A stretch of 63,339 nucleotides of DNA, counting the filler, from Octopus bimaculoides (Eukaryota), in the NCBI RefSeq assembly GCF_001194135.2. It is 8 parts of 8 records of this genome, joined end to end, with 100 filler letters (N's around TTAATTAATTAA, not from the genome) between each part and the next. Parts side by side here need not be neighbours in the genome. Positions count along the whole stretch, not along the records: positions 7,228 to 21,394 come from NC_068987.1; positions 21,495 to 41,578 come from NC_068986.1; 6 more parts are not named here. One strand, written 5' to 3'. The notes below the pieces were generated by a model. It was given only the letters and a program-made list of their open reading frames with translations. It was not told the DNA's origin and did not search any database. Below, piece after piece: positions 13,102-24,873 of the stretch. Numbering within the stretch: position 1 is the stretch's first letter; every line of letters begins with the position of its first letter. Position numbers and translations under genes: made by a program.

Positions 13102-15317
13102 GTTATCTATCTATCTATCTACCTTTCTACCTATCTATCTATCTATCTATCAATCTACCTGGTGCACACATACATGAGCTTATCATTTATGGAGGTGTGT
13201 GTCTTTCACTTGTTTTAGTCACTGGAGTGTGCGGCCATGCTGTGACACCGCCTTGAAGGATTTAGCTAAATAAATTGACCCTCTTACTCTATCGGTGATT
13301 TTTGACAAACAGTTAAGTTACATGGAATTTAACAAATCAAGAACTGTTGTCAAGCGATGGAAGGAAGGAGCATTCACACGCGCATATGTATCTTCATGTG
13401 TACACATAGACACACACGCACACACACACACACAGGCACACGCACACACACACACATGCACCCCCCCCACACACACGCACACACAATCACACACACACAT
13501 ACACATGCGGCAAGCTTCAACACAGTTTCTGTCCACCAAGTTCACTATAGCCCGCTTTACAGTAGAATGTGCCACGCAGTCTGACTGAAACCGAAATCAC
13601 GTTGGTGCAAAGCAATTTTCTTCACCACAGAACATTGCCTTCACCTATGTGTCTGCTGCTCTACAATAATAAATCTATACTTAATTATTATTATATTCTC
13701 TTAAACCGGGTACTTATTTAGTCTAGTATTTTCATCCAGCTTTTCCGAATACGTTCATATTAATGCCCTTTTTGTAATATTACGTCTGTCTGTATGTCTA
13801 CCTATGTAAATCTATGGTATACGCACACACATTTTTCTAAGTATGAATATTTATATAAATGAGTTTTTGCAAATATGCGTTCCTATTAGTGTATCCTTTG
13901 CGTTTCTTTCTGATTATCTGCGCAGTTTTCCTGATAGGATTAGTGTTTAGCTTCAAGCATTAGGATTTGCGTCCGTCATTCTGGAAAAAGTTAATGTAGA
14001 GCATATATATTATTTTCTCTATCCTTTTTTTCGTAAGAAATAAGATTTTCCTGTGTTTAAGTTAGCGTGCGAGAAGACTTCCTGAGGTCACCCCGCGAGC
14101 AAGTGACCGCTCTAGTTAACAAGTGAGGGAATATTCTCCCACTTTTACAGAAAACAGAACATAATAGTCACGAGATTATGTTGTTTGGCATCGATTTTAT
14201 CACTGCTTGCAGTGGAACAGATTATGTGCAGTGGAATAGATTATGTTCAGTACAAAAATTATGACACAAGCAGCAAAATTATTAGATGAGAAGATTAGAG
14301 GCAAGGCTGCTCATTCTGTCTAAGTATTGTTGTTATTATTCAGCATTCCAGGTTCACTGCAACTTTGTATTCATTTGAATTTTAGATAATATCTACCGCA
14401 CTGTAGTCGGTTACTGCAAACAATACAGTTCCCAAACTTCTGGGACGATGCCAACACTTTGAGAAATGATACACTGAGAGGTCAGCAAAAGTATGGCTTC
14501 CGGGTTTTCCGGTATATCAGTAAGAATATGTAGACGAGGAATATTTAGGGTCAAATATATCTCGATCGAACTGAAGCTGGTCACTTTAAAATTTCCCCGC
14601 TGATATTTACATTGGCAACTTATTGGTCAAATACTTTGTGAGCAATCCAATCTTTAAGCTACAATGACGAAGTAAGAGAGAGAGAGAGAGAGAGAGAGAG
14701 TGAGAGAGAGAGAGAGAAAGATAGATAGAGAAAGAGAGAGATAGCGCAGGTATTAACCGATTTTAAGTTTTTTTCTTCTTTCACCTATTCTGCTCAATTT
14801 TTATCCCCCCACCCCACCCACTGCTTCTTTTATTTCTTTTTTTAAGAGTCTTCCCATTCGGCAACTATCAATTTTCGAACGTCAGCTAATTCCACAGTAT
14901 ACAGCGCCCCTTAAACAGCATAATCTAGTGGTTGCGGTAATAATATTTGTGACGTCACCTTCAAATCTCACAGCTTTCTAGTGGAATACAATGAATGCAG
15001 TTATGTTGCTATTCTTAAACTGTCTGTTTAAGTGTGCCTGTGTGTTTGTTTCTCTCTCTCTCTCTCACTCTCTCTCTCTCTCTCTCTTTCTCTCTCTGCC
15101 CCCCCCCTCTCTCTCTTTCTCTCATGTCCTTTGCTTGGAATTCTTTCATGTCAAAATAAACCATACAAAAGATTTTTAGCATATCGATGAGTCAGCAAGC
15201 TGGCGGTCCAATTAGAGTGTTGGCTGTTTTTATAAGCGAAGACTCTCGCAGGCAGACATTCTCTACAGTTAGGTTTTGGAACCTTAAAGACAGAGTGTAT
15301 GAATGAATTCGTGTGTA

Positions 15318-15357
<40 letters not shown>

Positions 15358-16906
15358 TTTGTGTGTGAGTGCGATCACTAGATTCTCGCAGGCTGTACTC
15401 AGAAGTAGGCTGTGGCAGACCTGGCGACAAACTGAAAAATCTGTCGAAAATGGGTAACAATATAAGACAGTAAAAAGTAAAAAAAAAAAAAAGAAACAAA
15501 AAAGAAAATATATGTTTAGAAAGAAAAAAATCTAAGCTAGGCCACGAGGCAATATCTGTTTTTGATAGGTATGTGCCACTGTTGTATGTGTACATACTTA
15601 CAACATATAAACAAATACAAATTCAATATATATTTCACCACACTTACCATCATCCACACATAAGTTTGTCCGAAGAAAAAAAATGTCCTTACGCACATGC
15701 AAGCGTTTTTATGCAAACATACACACAATCAAAGAATTGGAAACATGCACAGACGTTAATATACATTAATAGAGGAGAAAAGAGAAATTGGCAAAATTAG
15801 AAGATTTACTATAAAATGTAGTTAAGGAGAAAGGATAGAGTGTTAGTTGCAGACATTGCTAACGGCTGTTTAATGTAGCTTCCTGTCACAGTAAGGCTCC
15901 TCATTTTTGTAGTAACATTCATACAACAAAAAGATATCCAAGAGTGACTCTAGTCTGGTTCAGTGGTCAACGGTTCTACAATAGAAACGATGTTGACGTA
16001 TTTTTGTAAATTGTTTATATTATGGTATCACTGAATACAGAAAGTGGAGGGAAACCTTAATAAAGGTCAAGAGATACCTTCTTTTTTGTATTCGATGACT
16101 GTTTTCTACAGGAATGCAAAACAATCTAGTAACGTTTGGTGACAAGTTTTATGTCAGAGGGATGAATAACAGAAATTCAAACAAATACATATTTCCGTTG
16201 GGGAATAAAAAAAGGACTGACCCTCTCCCTACACTTCACCTTCAATATTTCAGGAACGTTGAATTTGCTGCAGCTTTGCAGTATTCATTAAAACAAGAGA
16301 CATTTAAGAAAAGAGAAGCTCGTATATATGTATGTATATCTGTATTCTTCTGTCCATTGATTGATCGCAGACAGAACGAAAGCTGGTTCTATGTACGAAT
16401 AAACTTTAAAAATGAGAGAGAAGTATATGCAGTCCAGTTTACGCAAACTAAACAGAAAAATGGGAAATTTATAGGCAGACTTAAACAGCGAAAGAAAAAG
16501 AAGAAAAAAAGGTTAATTTTTTTTACACCATGGGTTTTAAAATTACAAATTGAAAAGTACCTTCCAGTTATAAAGAAAATTATTTCAGGATCAAAAGAGA
16601 ATTGTTCGCCTTCGACAGGTATTATTGGGCGTTATAGCTACGAAAAGAAATGTTATATCAGAGACTCTAAGTCCGGTGAAAACCTATTTGCTTTACCTAA
16701 AGATGAAATGAAATATGAAAGAAAAAATGATTACAGCAACACAAAATATTTCATCGAGATAAGATAATCAAAAGACTTTATAAAAGTTTCGTTCCAAAAA
16801 GAAGTTAAGCTACAAATTATGAAATATTGTAAAAGACTAAAAAAAAATAAATTTGTGTTGAAATAAAGCTACGTTTTAAATTACATATAGGGATCTATAT
16901 ACACAA

Positions 16907-17070
16907 AGGCGTAGGAATGGGTGTGTGGTAAGTAGCTTGCTTACGAGCCACATGGTTCCGTGTTCAGTCCCACTGCGTGGCATCTTGGGCAAGTGTCTTC
17001 TGTTAAAGCCTCGGGCCGACCAAAGCCTTGTGAGTGGATTTGGTAGACGAAAACTGAAAGAAGCTCATCG

Positions 17071-17132
<62 letters not shown>

Positions 17133-17335
17133 TTTGTCTGTCTGTGTTTGTCTCCCCAACATTGCTTGGTGTGTTTACGTCCCTGTAACTTAGCCGTTCG
17201 GCAAAAGTGGCCGATACACTAAGTACTAGGATTACAAAGAATAAGTCCTGGAATCGATTTGTTCGACTAAAGGCAGTGTTCTAGGATGGCCACAGTCAAA
17301 TGATTGAAACAAGTAAAAGAGTAAAAAAAGGAGTA
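16907..17335 (+). mobile_element. SINE-A, full length (octopus tRNA-head SINE with central TA/TG microsatellite)
   Basis: A-box-like TGGGTGTGTGGTAAG, B-box-like GTTCAGTCCC, CTTGGGCAAGTG core, central microsatellite, tail ...GACTAAAGG...ATGGCCACAGTCAAATGATTGAAACAAGTAAAAGAG. Many paralogues in the window. Confidence 0.9.
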
Positions 17336-17495
17336 AATGCATATATCCATAAAAAATATACATACATGTACACAAACACATATACACAAACACACATATA
17401 TATGTACGTATGTACATTAGTGTATAAATGTGTGTGTATGCAGTCCGAGAAAGATAGATAGATATGTGTATTTTTCTCTTGTTATATATAAGCGT

Positions 17496-17740
17496 GTGAG
17501 GAGCGCGGTTATGGTGTTGGACTCGTGGTAATGGGACTGGACTCGCGATCGCGAGATCGTGGTTTCAATTGCAAGACCGGGTGCCGCATTGTGTTCTTGA
17601 GTAAAACACTTAACTTCGCGTTGATCTACGATCACTTCGACATTTAACGTGTGGTACACCGTGCATCTGTTCAGGCAACGTCGATTTGAAGGAGGGAGTA
17701 ACCTAATGTACAGCGCAAAAAATATCCTTTGTGGCGGTTG
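17496..17740 (+). mobile_element. tRNA SINE with H1-type core and a third tail type
   Basis: gactcgcgatcgcgagatcgtggtttcaatt head, gtgttcttgagtaaaacactt core, tail cgatcacttcgaca...gtacaccgtgca...ttcaggcaacgtcgattt. Confidence 0.7.
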
Positions 17741-17979
17741 TTCAGCAAAAAGTTGCAGTTCTATCTTTCTTTCTATCTATATAAATAGGTATATGATAGG
17801 ATTGCTTCAATATTCAAGGGGTAGTCTGAAGTATCTAAGCAACCAGGGGATAGTTAAATCCGAAGGCATTCCTGGAGATTACTTGTGTGGGTACTGTCTT
17901 TGTTAGAAGGTATCCAGATGCAGGTAATTTATCGTTTAAACCACAGTTTATAATTATATATATATATACACATATATCA

Positions 17980-18352
17980 TCGTCGTGACACTCAGTCGGT
18001 TACGACGACGAGGGTTCCAGTTGATCTAATCAACGGAACAGCCTGCTCGTCTAATTGACGTGCAAGCGGCTGAGTACTCCAACGACACGTGTACTCTTAA
18101 CGTAGTTCTCGGGGCGATTCAGCGTGACACAGAGTGTAACAAGGCTGGCCCTTTGAAATACATGTACAACAGAAACAGGAAGAAAAAGTGAGAGAGAGTT
18201 GTGGAGAAAGAGTACAGCAGAGCTCGGCACGCCCCGCTACCGAGAGCCTCGTGGGGCTTTAGGTGTTTTTGCTCGATAAATACTCATAACACTTGGCCTG
18301 GGAATCGAAACTGCGATACTATGACCGCGAATCCATTGGGCCATTGCGCCTC
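17980..18352 (-). mobile_element. tRNA SINE with head/core H2 and tail T1
   Basis: Same organisation as 43365-43745; shares tail T1 with 6760-6975. Confidence 0.85.
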
Positions 18353-18422
18353 TACACACACACACACACACATTATATATATATATATTATATTATATAT
18401 GTATATATATATATATTATATG

Positions 18423-18472
<50 letters not shown>

Positions 18473-18598
18473 TATATATAAATATTATATATATATATTA
18501 TGTATATATATATATATCATATATATATTATATATATATATTATGTATATATATATATATATCATATATATATTATATATATATAGAGAGAGAGAGAG

Positions 18599-18648
<50 letters not shown>

Positions 18649-19073
18649 AAGAGAGAGAGAGAGAGAGTGGGGGAGAGAAGAGACAAATATATGCTCACGC
18701 ACATAAACAAGTAAATATAGTTATCGATGAATATAAATAGATAAGTAGATTCGTAGATAAATTGATAATATTTTCATAAAAAAAGATATATATAATATTT
18801 AATCAAACAATGAAGAACACCTGAGGGAATGCGAAAATGAATATAAACAACACTTATATCCAAAGTAATTTTTTAACTCGCGTGATTAAAATGAAATTAA
18901 ATAAATGTTTGTATTTTTAAATGCGATGGAATTTGAATAAATGTATGTATGTATGTGTGTATGTATGCACATATATACATGAATACATACGAACACCCAT
19001 ACATATCTTAGATTAAATAAGGAAAAGAGAAGCCTTTTGCACTCATAAGAAGTTTCTTTTATAAACAGATATT

Positions 19074-19287
19074 CTTTTCTAATCTAGGCTCAAGGCCCGA
19101 AATTTTTGGTGCGGGGACCAGTCGATTAGATCGGCCCCAGTACACGACTGGTACTTAATTTATCGACCCCGAAAGGACGAAAGGCAAAGTCGACATCGGC
19201 AGAATTTGAACTCAGAACGTAGAGGCAGACGAAATACCGCTAAGAATTTCGCCCGGGTTGCTAACGTTTCTCCCAGCTCACCGCCTT
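19074..19287 (-). mobile_element. SINE-C (tRNA head, Nin-like core) with a 17-bp target-site duplication
   Basis: Reverse complement of AAGGCGGTGAGCTGG...GAGTTCAAATT...GCCTTTCGTCCTTTCGGGGTCGATAAATTAAGTACCAG. Flanked by TTTTATAAACAGATATT at 19057-19073 and 19290-19306. Confidence 0.9.
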
Positions 19288-19317
19288 TTTTTTATAAACA
19301 GATATTGAATAGAATCT

Positions 19318-19530
19318 AAGGCGGTGTGTTGGCAGAATCGTTAGCACACCGGGCAATATGTTTAGCAGCATTGCTTACGTCTTAGCGTTCTGAGTTCAAA
19401 TTCCACGGATGTCAAGATTACTTTTCGTTCTTTCAGGGTCGATGAAATAAGTATCAGTTCAGAGTTGTTGTAATCGACTTACCGCTCCCTTCGAAATTGC
19501 TGGCCTTCTGACGAAATTCGAAACTAGCAT
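19318..19530 (+). mobile_element. SINE-C, diverged, inverted relative to 19074-19287
   Basis: aaggcggtgtgttggcagaatcgttagc head, gagttcaaattcc B box, tttcagggtcgatgaaataagta core. gaatagaat occurs on both sides. Confidence 0.82.
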
Positions 19531-19544
19531 GGAATAGAATGTGC

Positions 19545-19845
19545 AGGCACACAGCCTAGTGGTTAGAGTAGCAGACTCGCGGTCGAGCGCCCACCGGTTC
19601 GAATCTTAGACCAGGCGATGTGTGTGTTTATGAGCGAAACCTCACGCGGCTCCGGCAGAAGGTAATGGCGAACTTCTGCTGACTCTTTCGCCACAACTTT
19701 GTCTCATTCTTTCCTTCTGCATCTAGCAGCTCTCCCGCGACGGACCGACGTCCCGTCCAAGTAGGGAGCCTATACGCCTATGAAACCGGGAAACCAGCCC
19801 TTATGAGCCAGACATAGCTCAAGAAGGAAGAAACAACAACAACAA
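19545..19845 (+). mobile_element. tRNA SINE with head/core H2 and tail T2
   Basis: cctagtggttagagtagcagactcgcggtc...tttatgagcgaaac...ctccggcagaaggtaatggcgaac...ctctttcgccacaacttt, then cccgtccaagtagggagcctatacgcctatgaaaccgggaaaccagccctt and (AAC)n. Confidence 0.85.
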
Positions 19846-20801
19846 TATTGAATAACTTATAAACAAAGAATACTAAAGAAGTAGGCATGGTCAAGAATGT
19901 CGCTTGCCAAAAGTCTCACGTTTTCTGAATTTATTACATCTAGGCAAACTTTTCTGCACACGTTTATTAGTAAGTGAATAATTATGGAAATCGGTACGTA
20001 AAGCAAAAATAGTTTGCGCATTGAATTTTACTTTACACGCAAAACGATAGAGTAACGATTGTACAGAGAACGTACGTTATTAGATGCCATTGAAGGGAAT
20101 ATTTAATAGCTATCCTACAGTCACATGTGTGAGAGGATTTGTCTGAGAATCCAGGCTGTATTGGATTAGATGAAAATTTCCATTTGCTTTTGTGTGTTAG
20201 TGTTTTTATTGCGAATATTGTAATGTGTATATTTATATTTAGAGCTCCATAAGATTTGAGGCTGCGAACTACTTGAAAGTCGAAATTTCTCTATATGGGT
20301 TGGGACAGTATTGCATATATTATAAGCGTGGTTATCATTATTCACGTTCCTGTTAACGATTTCAGTGTTCTTTGGGGAAATCTCTAAACACCATTTCAAT
20401 ACTTTAATGTTGTAGGCTTCGATAGCAAAATTTGTACTATGTAATTAATAATCATTTTCTATTTATGAAACATACGTCAAATACGTGCAACTAATGACTT
20501 TGCGTATTATTTTATTTTTCTCTCTCTCCCCCTTTCTCTCATATATATATATATGTATGTATGTACGTTCTATGTGTGTGTGTGTGCGTATGTATGTATG
20601 TTTGTGTGTAAACACACATTTACACATATATCTATTTTAGAAGTTTTCATATCCTACTTATTGTGCCGAAATTTAGCCAATATATATTTTTTCCTCTTCG
20701 TTTCTGCAATACAAAGTTATAGCTAACAAAATGGAATAACCATTACATACTGCAAGAAGAAAATAATCATCGCCTGAGACAAAGCCTTTTATCGTCAGCA
20801 A

Positions 20802-20804
<3 letters not shown>

Positions 20805-20885
<81 letters not shown>

Positions 20886-20973
20886 CACACGCACACGCAC
20901 ACACACGCACACACATATATGTATATACATATATAAATACGTGTGTGTGTGTGCTTACATGCTTACGTGCTTG

Positions 20974-21026
<53 letters not shown>
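20805..21026. repeat. (CA)n followed by (TG)n, an inverted dinucleotide pair
   Basis: Read directly. Other large CA/TG/TA/GA/GATA tracts lie at ~680-900, 1545-1800, 7015-7127, 18370-18670, 21288-21780, 44120-44314, 55525-55580 and 58795-58880. Confidence 0.95.
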
Positions 21027-21286
21027 ATAAATTCAATTGGTATTTGTGATTTCAGTCCCACCGGTATTCCTATTTTTAAACTATGCAAAGCTTTTCCACA
21101 TAATATACGTTATGTCTCTAAAGAATCTTATAGCGTGGACAGTGTTGAAAAGAAATCTCTCCTGTGAACATTAAAACATCAGTATGAAATTACAAGGTAT
21201 TGTTGAGCTATGAAGTAAACTGTAACCTAGGTTACATTAGGTTACGGTGACATACGGAAAGCAACAACACCTGAAAAGAACACATA

Positions 21287-21338
<52 letters not shown>

Positions 21339-21361
21339 GTCTGTCTGTCTGTCAATCTGTC

Positions 21362-21394
<33 letters not shown>

Positions 21395-21570
21395 NNNNNN
21401 NNNNNNNNNNNNNNNNNNNNNNNNNNNNNNNNNNNNNNTTAATTAATTAANNNNNNNNNNNNNNNNNNNNNNNNNNNNNNNNNNNNNNNNNNNNGACAAA
21501 TACAATGTAGAGCTTTTCTTTTTGAGATAGATAGATAGATAGACAGACAGATAGATAGATGGATGGATAA

Positions 21571-21608
<38 letters not shown>

Positions 21609-21609
21609 G

Positions 21610-21647
<38 letters not shown>

Positions 21648-21989
21648 CAGAAAACAGACAGAGATAGAGATAGATAGATAAATAGATAGTTAGATAGACA
21701 GACAGATAGATAGATAGACTGAGAGATAAATATAGAGATAGATAGAGAGGTAGAGAGAAAGAGAGAGAGAGAGATGCAGGCTATGAGCAATTGAATGTTA
21801 AAGAAGAAAAGAATTACCAAAATATAGAACGAGGGAGAGAGAGAGAGAGAGAAGTAGGTCAGGAATGCCTAAATGGAGGTGGTATGAAACCAAAGGAACG
21901 GAGACTAGGGTAGAAGTGATAGAAAAGACAGAAGAAGAGACAGGACATCCATAGATCAGAGATTAGAGTGTGTTTGTGAGTGGTTTTAC

Positions 21990-23560
21990 ATCAATCAGTC
22001 AAGTGGCTTTATTGTGGAATCTTTATGTGCATGGCAGTAGCAATGTCCCACATGTGGCAGCATTACTACACCACTGTGGGTTTCACCAGAGCTTTGTGAT
22101 AGTTAGGAGATGAAGAGGAAGACCAGTTTTGCTCTGTTGAGGATACACATTTGCCTGGACAGAGATCCTCAGTGATGGTGATGCCTAGTATTGAAGCGAT
22201 TTTGAAGGTTCTAGCTACATGCTTTTCATGTTTAGTAGGAGTGAGGTGTGATATTTTCTTGATATGTGTAATGATTAGATATTTCTTTGATGTTGTTGAA
22301 GGAAACAAGACTGATATGACCTTATTGGAAGATCTTTTTGAAGCTGCTGTTCCTGAAGTTTGTGCTGATTTAACATGAGATGCTTAGGTTGAATGTGTAA
22401 GTGGGTATTGTTGGAGGTGATGACAAGTTAGCTGTTGATGTACCGCAAGAGCATTGAGGGCGAAAACAAGTCCTGGGACATATAGAGTTGAATAGAGTGA
22501 TGGTCAGAGAGAGAGAGAGAGAGAGAGAGAGCTTTATCAGCATATATCATAATGCTGTAATCTGATAGGAAGCCACTGATCCAAAAAAAGAGATACTTGC
22601 ACCATTGTTGAGAGACATTGGAGTTTGTACCCAGTGGGTGAGGCTTTAATAAAAGTAGTGTTAAAGGTCATTAAAAAGAGAGAGAGAGAGAGAAAGAGAG
22701 ATGTTAGAGAAAGTTGTTATTGTTAATGGCTGTCTCCATCCCCTTCGAAATGTTAGAAGTGAATGCCATAGGACAGAGGTTGATAGAGACAGTAGAGTTG
22801 CCCTTGCTAGGAATGAAACACACTGTAACCTGTTGCCAAAGACTGAGATGTGTGGAGAGAGAGATAGAGAGAGTGAATAGTTTTGTCAAGGTAGGGGTTA
22901 GCTCAGAGGATCATTGTTAGAGGTTACTGGACGCTGTCTGTGTTGATGACATTGTTAATATGAAGTGACAAGAGGTAGTTTCAACACTTAATGCATAGTG
23001 GCAAACCTGATGAAGTGGAAAAGAACAGTTTGGGAGGAAATTTAATCGATGTATGTAGCATAGAACTGTAAGCAAAATGGGCAACAGATGTGGAGGCTTT
23101 CTCCAATGGGAGTACAACTCATAGAACTATAATGTTCGAGAAATGGACAAAAAGAGGATTCCACAAAGTTGGCAAAAAGCCTTCTGGTAAGGGACCAAAA
23201 GGATCAGTTGCAGTTTGAGAGAGGAGAGCTTGCAGACTATGATATACAGAAATGTACTTCACGATTTGGAAGATGGCCCGGTATGAGTTGCAGTGCTGGA
23301 CGAAAAATGTCCAGTTTGATGGAGTGAGCAACTTTCTCAAAATGGTGACGGCTGAGATTTCTATCTTTTCTCTTTTTTGTCTGAACCACTGCAGTGCGTA
23401 TTTGAGTGAACCTCTTGGAGTACTTTAGCTGTGAGTCTTGTTTGGGTGGGGGTATAGAGGGACATGTCTTAGAGGATGATTTCAGTCAATCCGCTAGCTG
23501 TTTGTTATGGGTCAAGGGGTGAATACCTTGTGCTGCCTGGGATAAATTAACATAAAACTG
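21990..23560 (-). mobile_element. Old CR1/Jockey/L2-like non-LTR retrotransposon remnant
   Basis: Degenerate RT motifs in the expected order on the minus strand: WQQVTVCFIPSKG...NLCPMAFTSNISKGMETAIN (22704-22889), WISGFLSDYSIMI, a VPQG-like stretch near 22470, ILGITITEDL (~22170). Interrupted by (GA)n. Confidence 0.72.
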
Positions 23561-24835
23561 GCAGTGCTCCAACCAATCAGCTTTTACTCTGAATGTCATG
23601 AAATATTCGTTTTGTTTTTGTTTTTTGGCTTTTGTACCTAAACTATCAAATCAAAATCCTCATGATAAACTACTACAACTGTTCCTGTGAAAGTTTATTG
23701 ATTATCTGAAGCTTCTTTTGGCAACATTTTCACTTATAAATAATAAAAACAGCTACAATTTTGTATTGCTTCCAGCAAAGAATTATGTCTCTTTAATAAT
23801 CCATGTTACATATCCCATCCACAGCTTTCTGAGTAAACATGACTGCCAAGATGCTGACAAATGAGTCAATGGATCGTATCCTAATGCAGCACCAAGTCCA
23901 TGGCTAACATGTAACCTTTTCTGGCTGTCTACCTAGCTGTTAATATATCCTGCAAACAGGTACAAGTTACTACTGTAACAGGAACTTTATATAATCATTC
24001 TAAGCTTATAGTGCTGAGATTTTATTCTCCTATGAGCCTGACACATGAAAAAACATTTACCAAATTTTTAACCCCTATTTAGTTAAAATATAGTTCATAT
24101 CATTATAAGTTGTTATAAATGTAAATAAAAATAAATTGAATTGTTCTAAGATCCCTTATTTTCTTCCTTCCTATACCTTATTTTGGTCTGACCAAATTCC
24201 ACCTGTTTGTTTATAAATAATGCATAAAAACATTTCTTTATTTTGGCAACCACTTATTAATCAAAGCACTAAATATCACAAGAAATTGATCAATGATGAC
24301 CTTTTGGGGTTCATATTTTAACATTTATAGAAAAAGAGAAAAAAAATACTCTTATAATATCGAATATAGATTTTGGCAATATTTAATTGTATTTAGCTGC
24401 AGTGATGTGAAATAAAACTTTAATACATCTTTTGTTGTTTCTAAATAGAAAACACATCTGTTCATCTTATAAATATAATCTTATACATATTCAGAGTAAA
24501 GTTAAAAATAAAAATAATAATTTTCTACTATAGGCACAAGGCCTGAAATTTAGGTGATGGAAAGGAAGCTAGTTGATTACATTGACTGATGCTTATTTTA
24601 TCAACTGATACCTTAGCAGAATTTGAACTTAAAACATAAAGATCAATGAAATGTTGCTGAGCATTTTGTCCAGTATACTAACAATTCTACCAGCTCACTG
24701 CCCTTTATAATAATAATATTGCGTAAAGTACTGTCTGTCCGAAGTCCTTGTTGTGACTTGACAAACAGTACAAACTCCTGGTAGACACTATATCTTCAAT
24801 CAGCAACCTCATAATATTGTATACTGTGCGACGTC

Positions 24836-24873
<38 letters not shown>

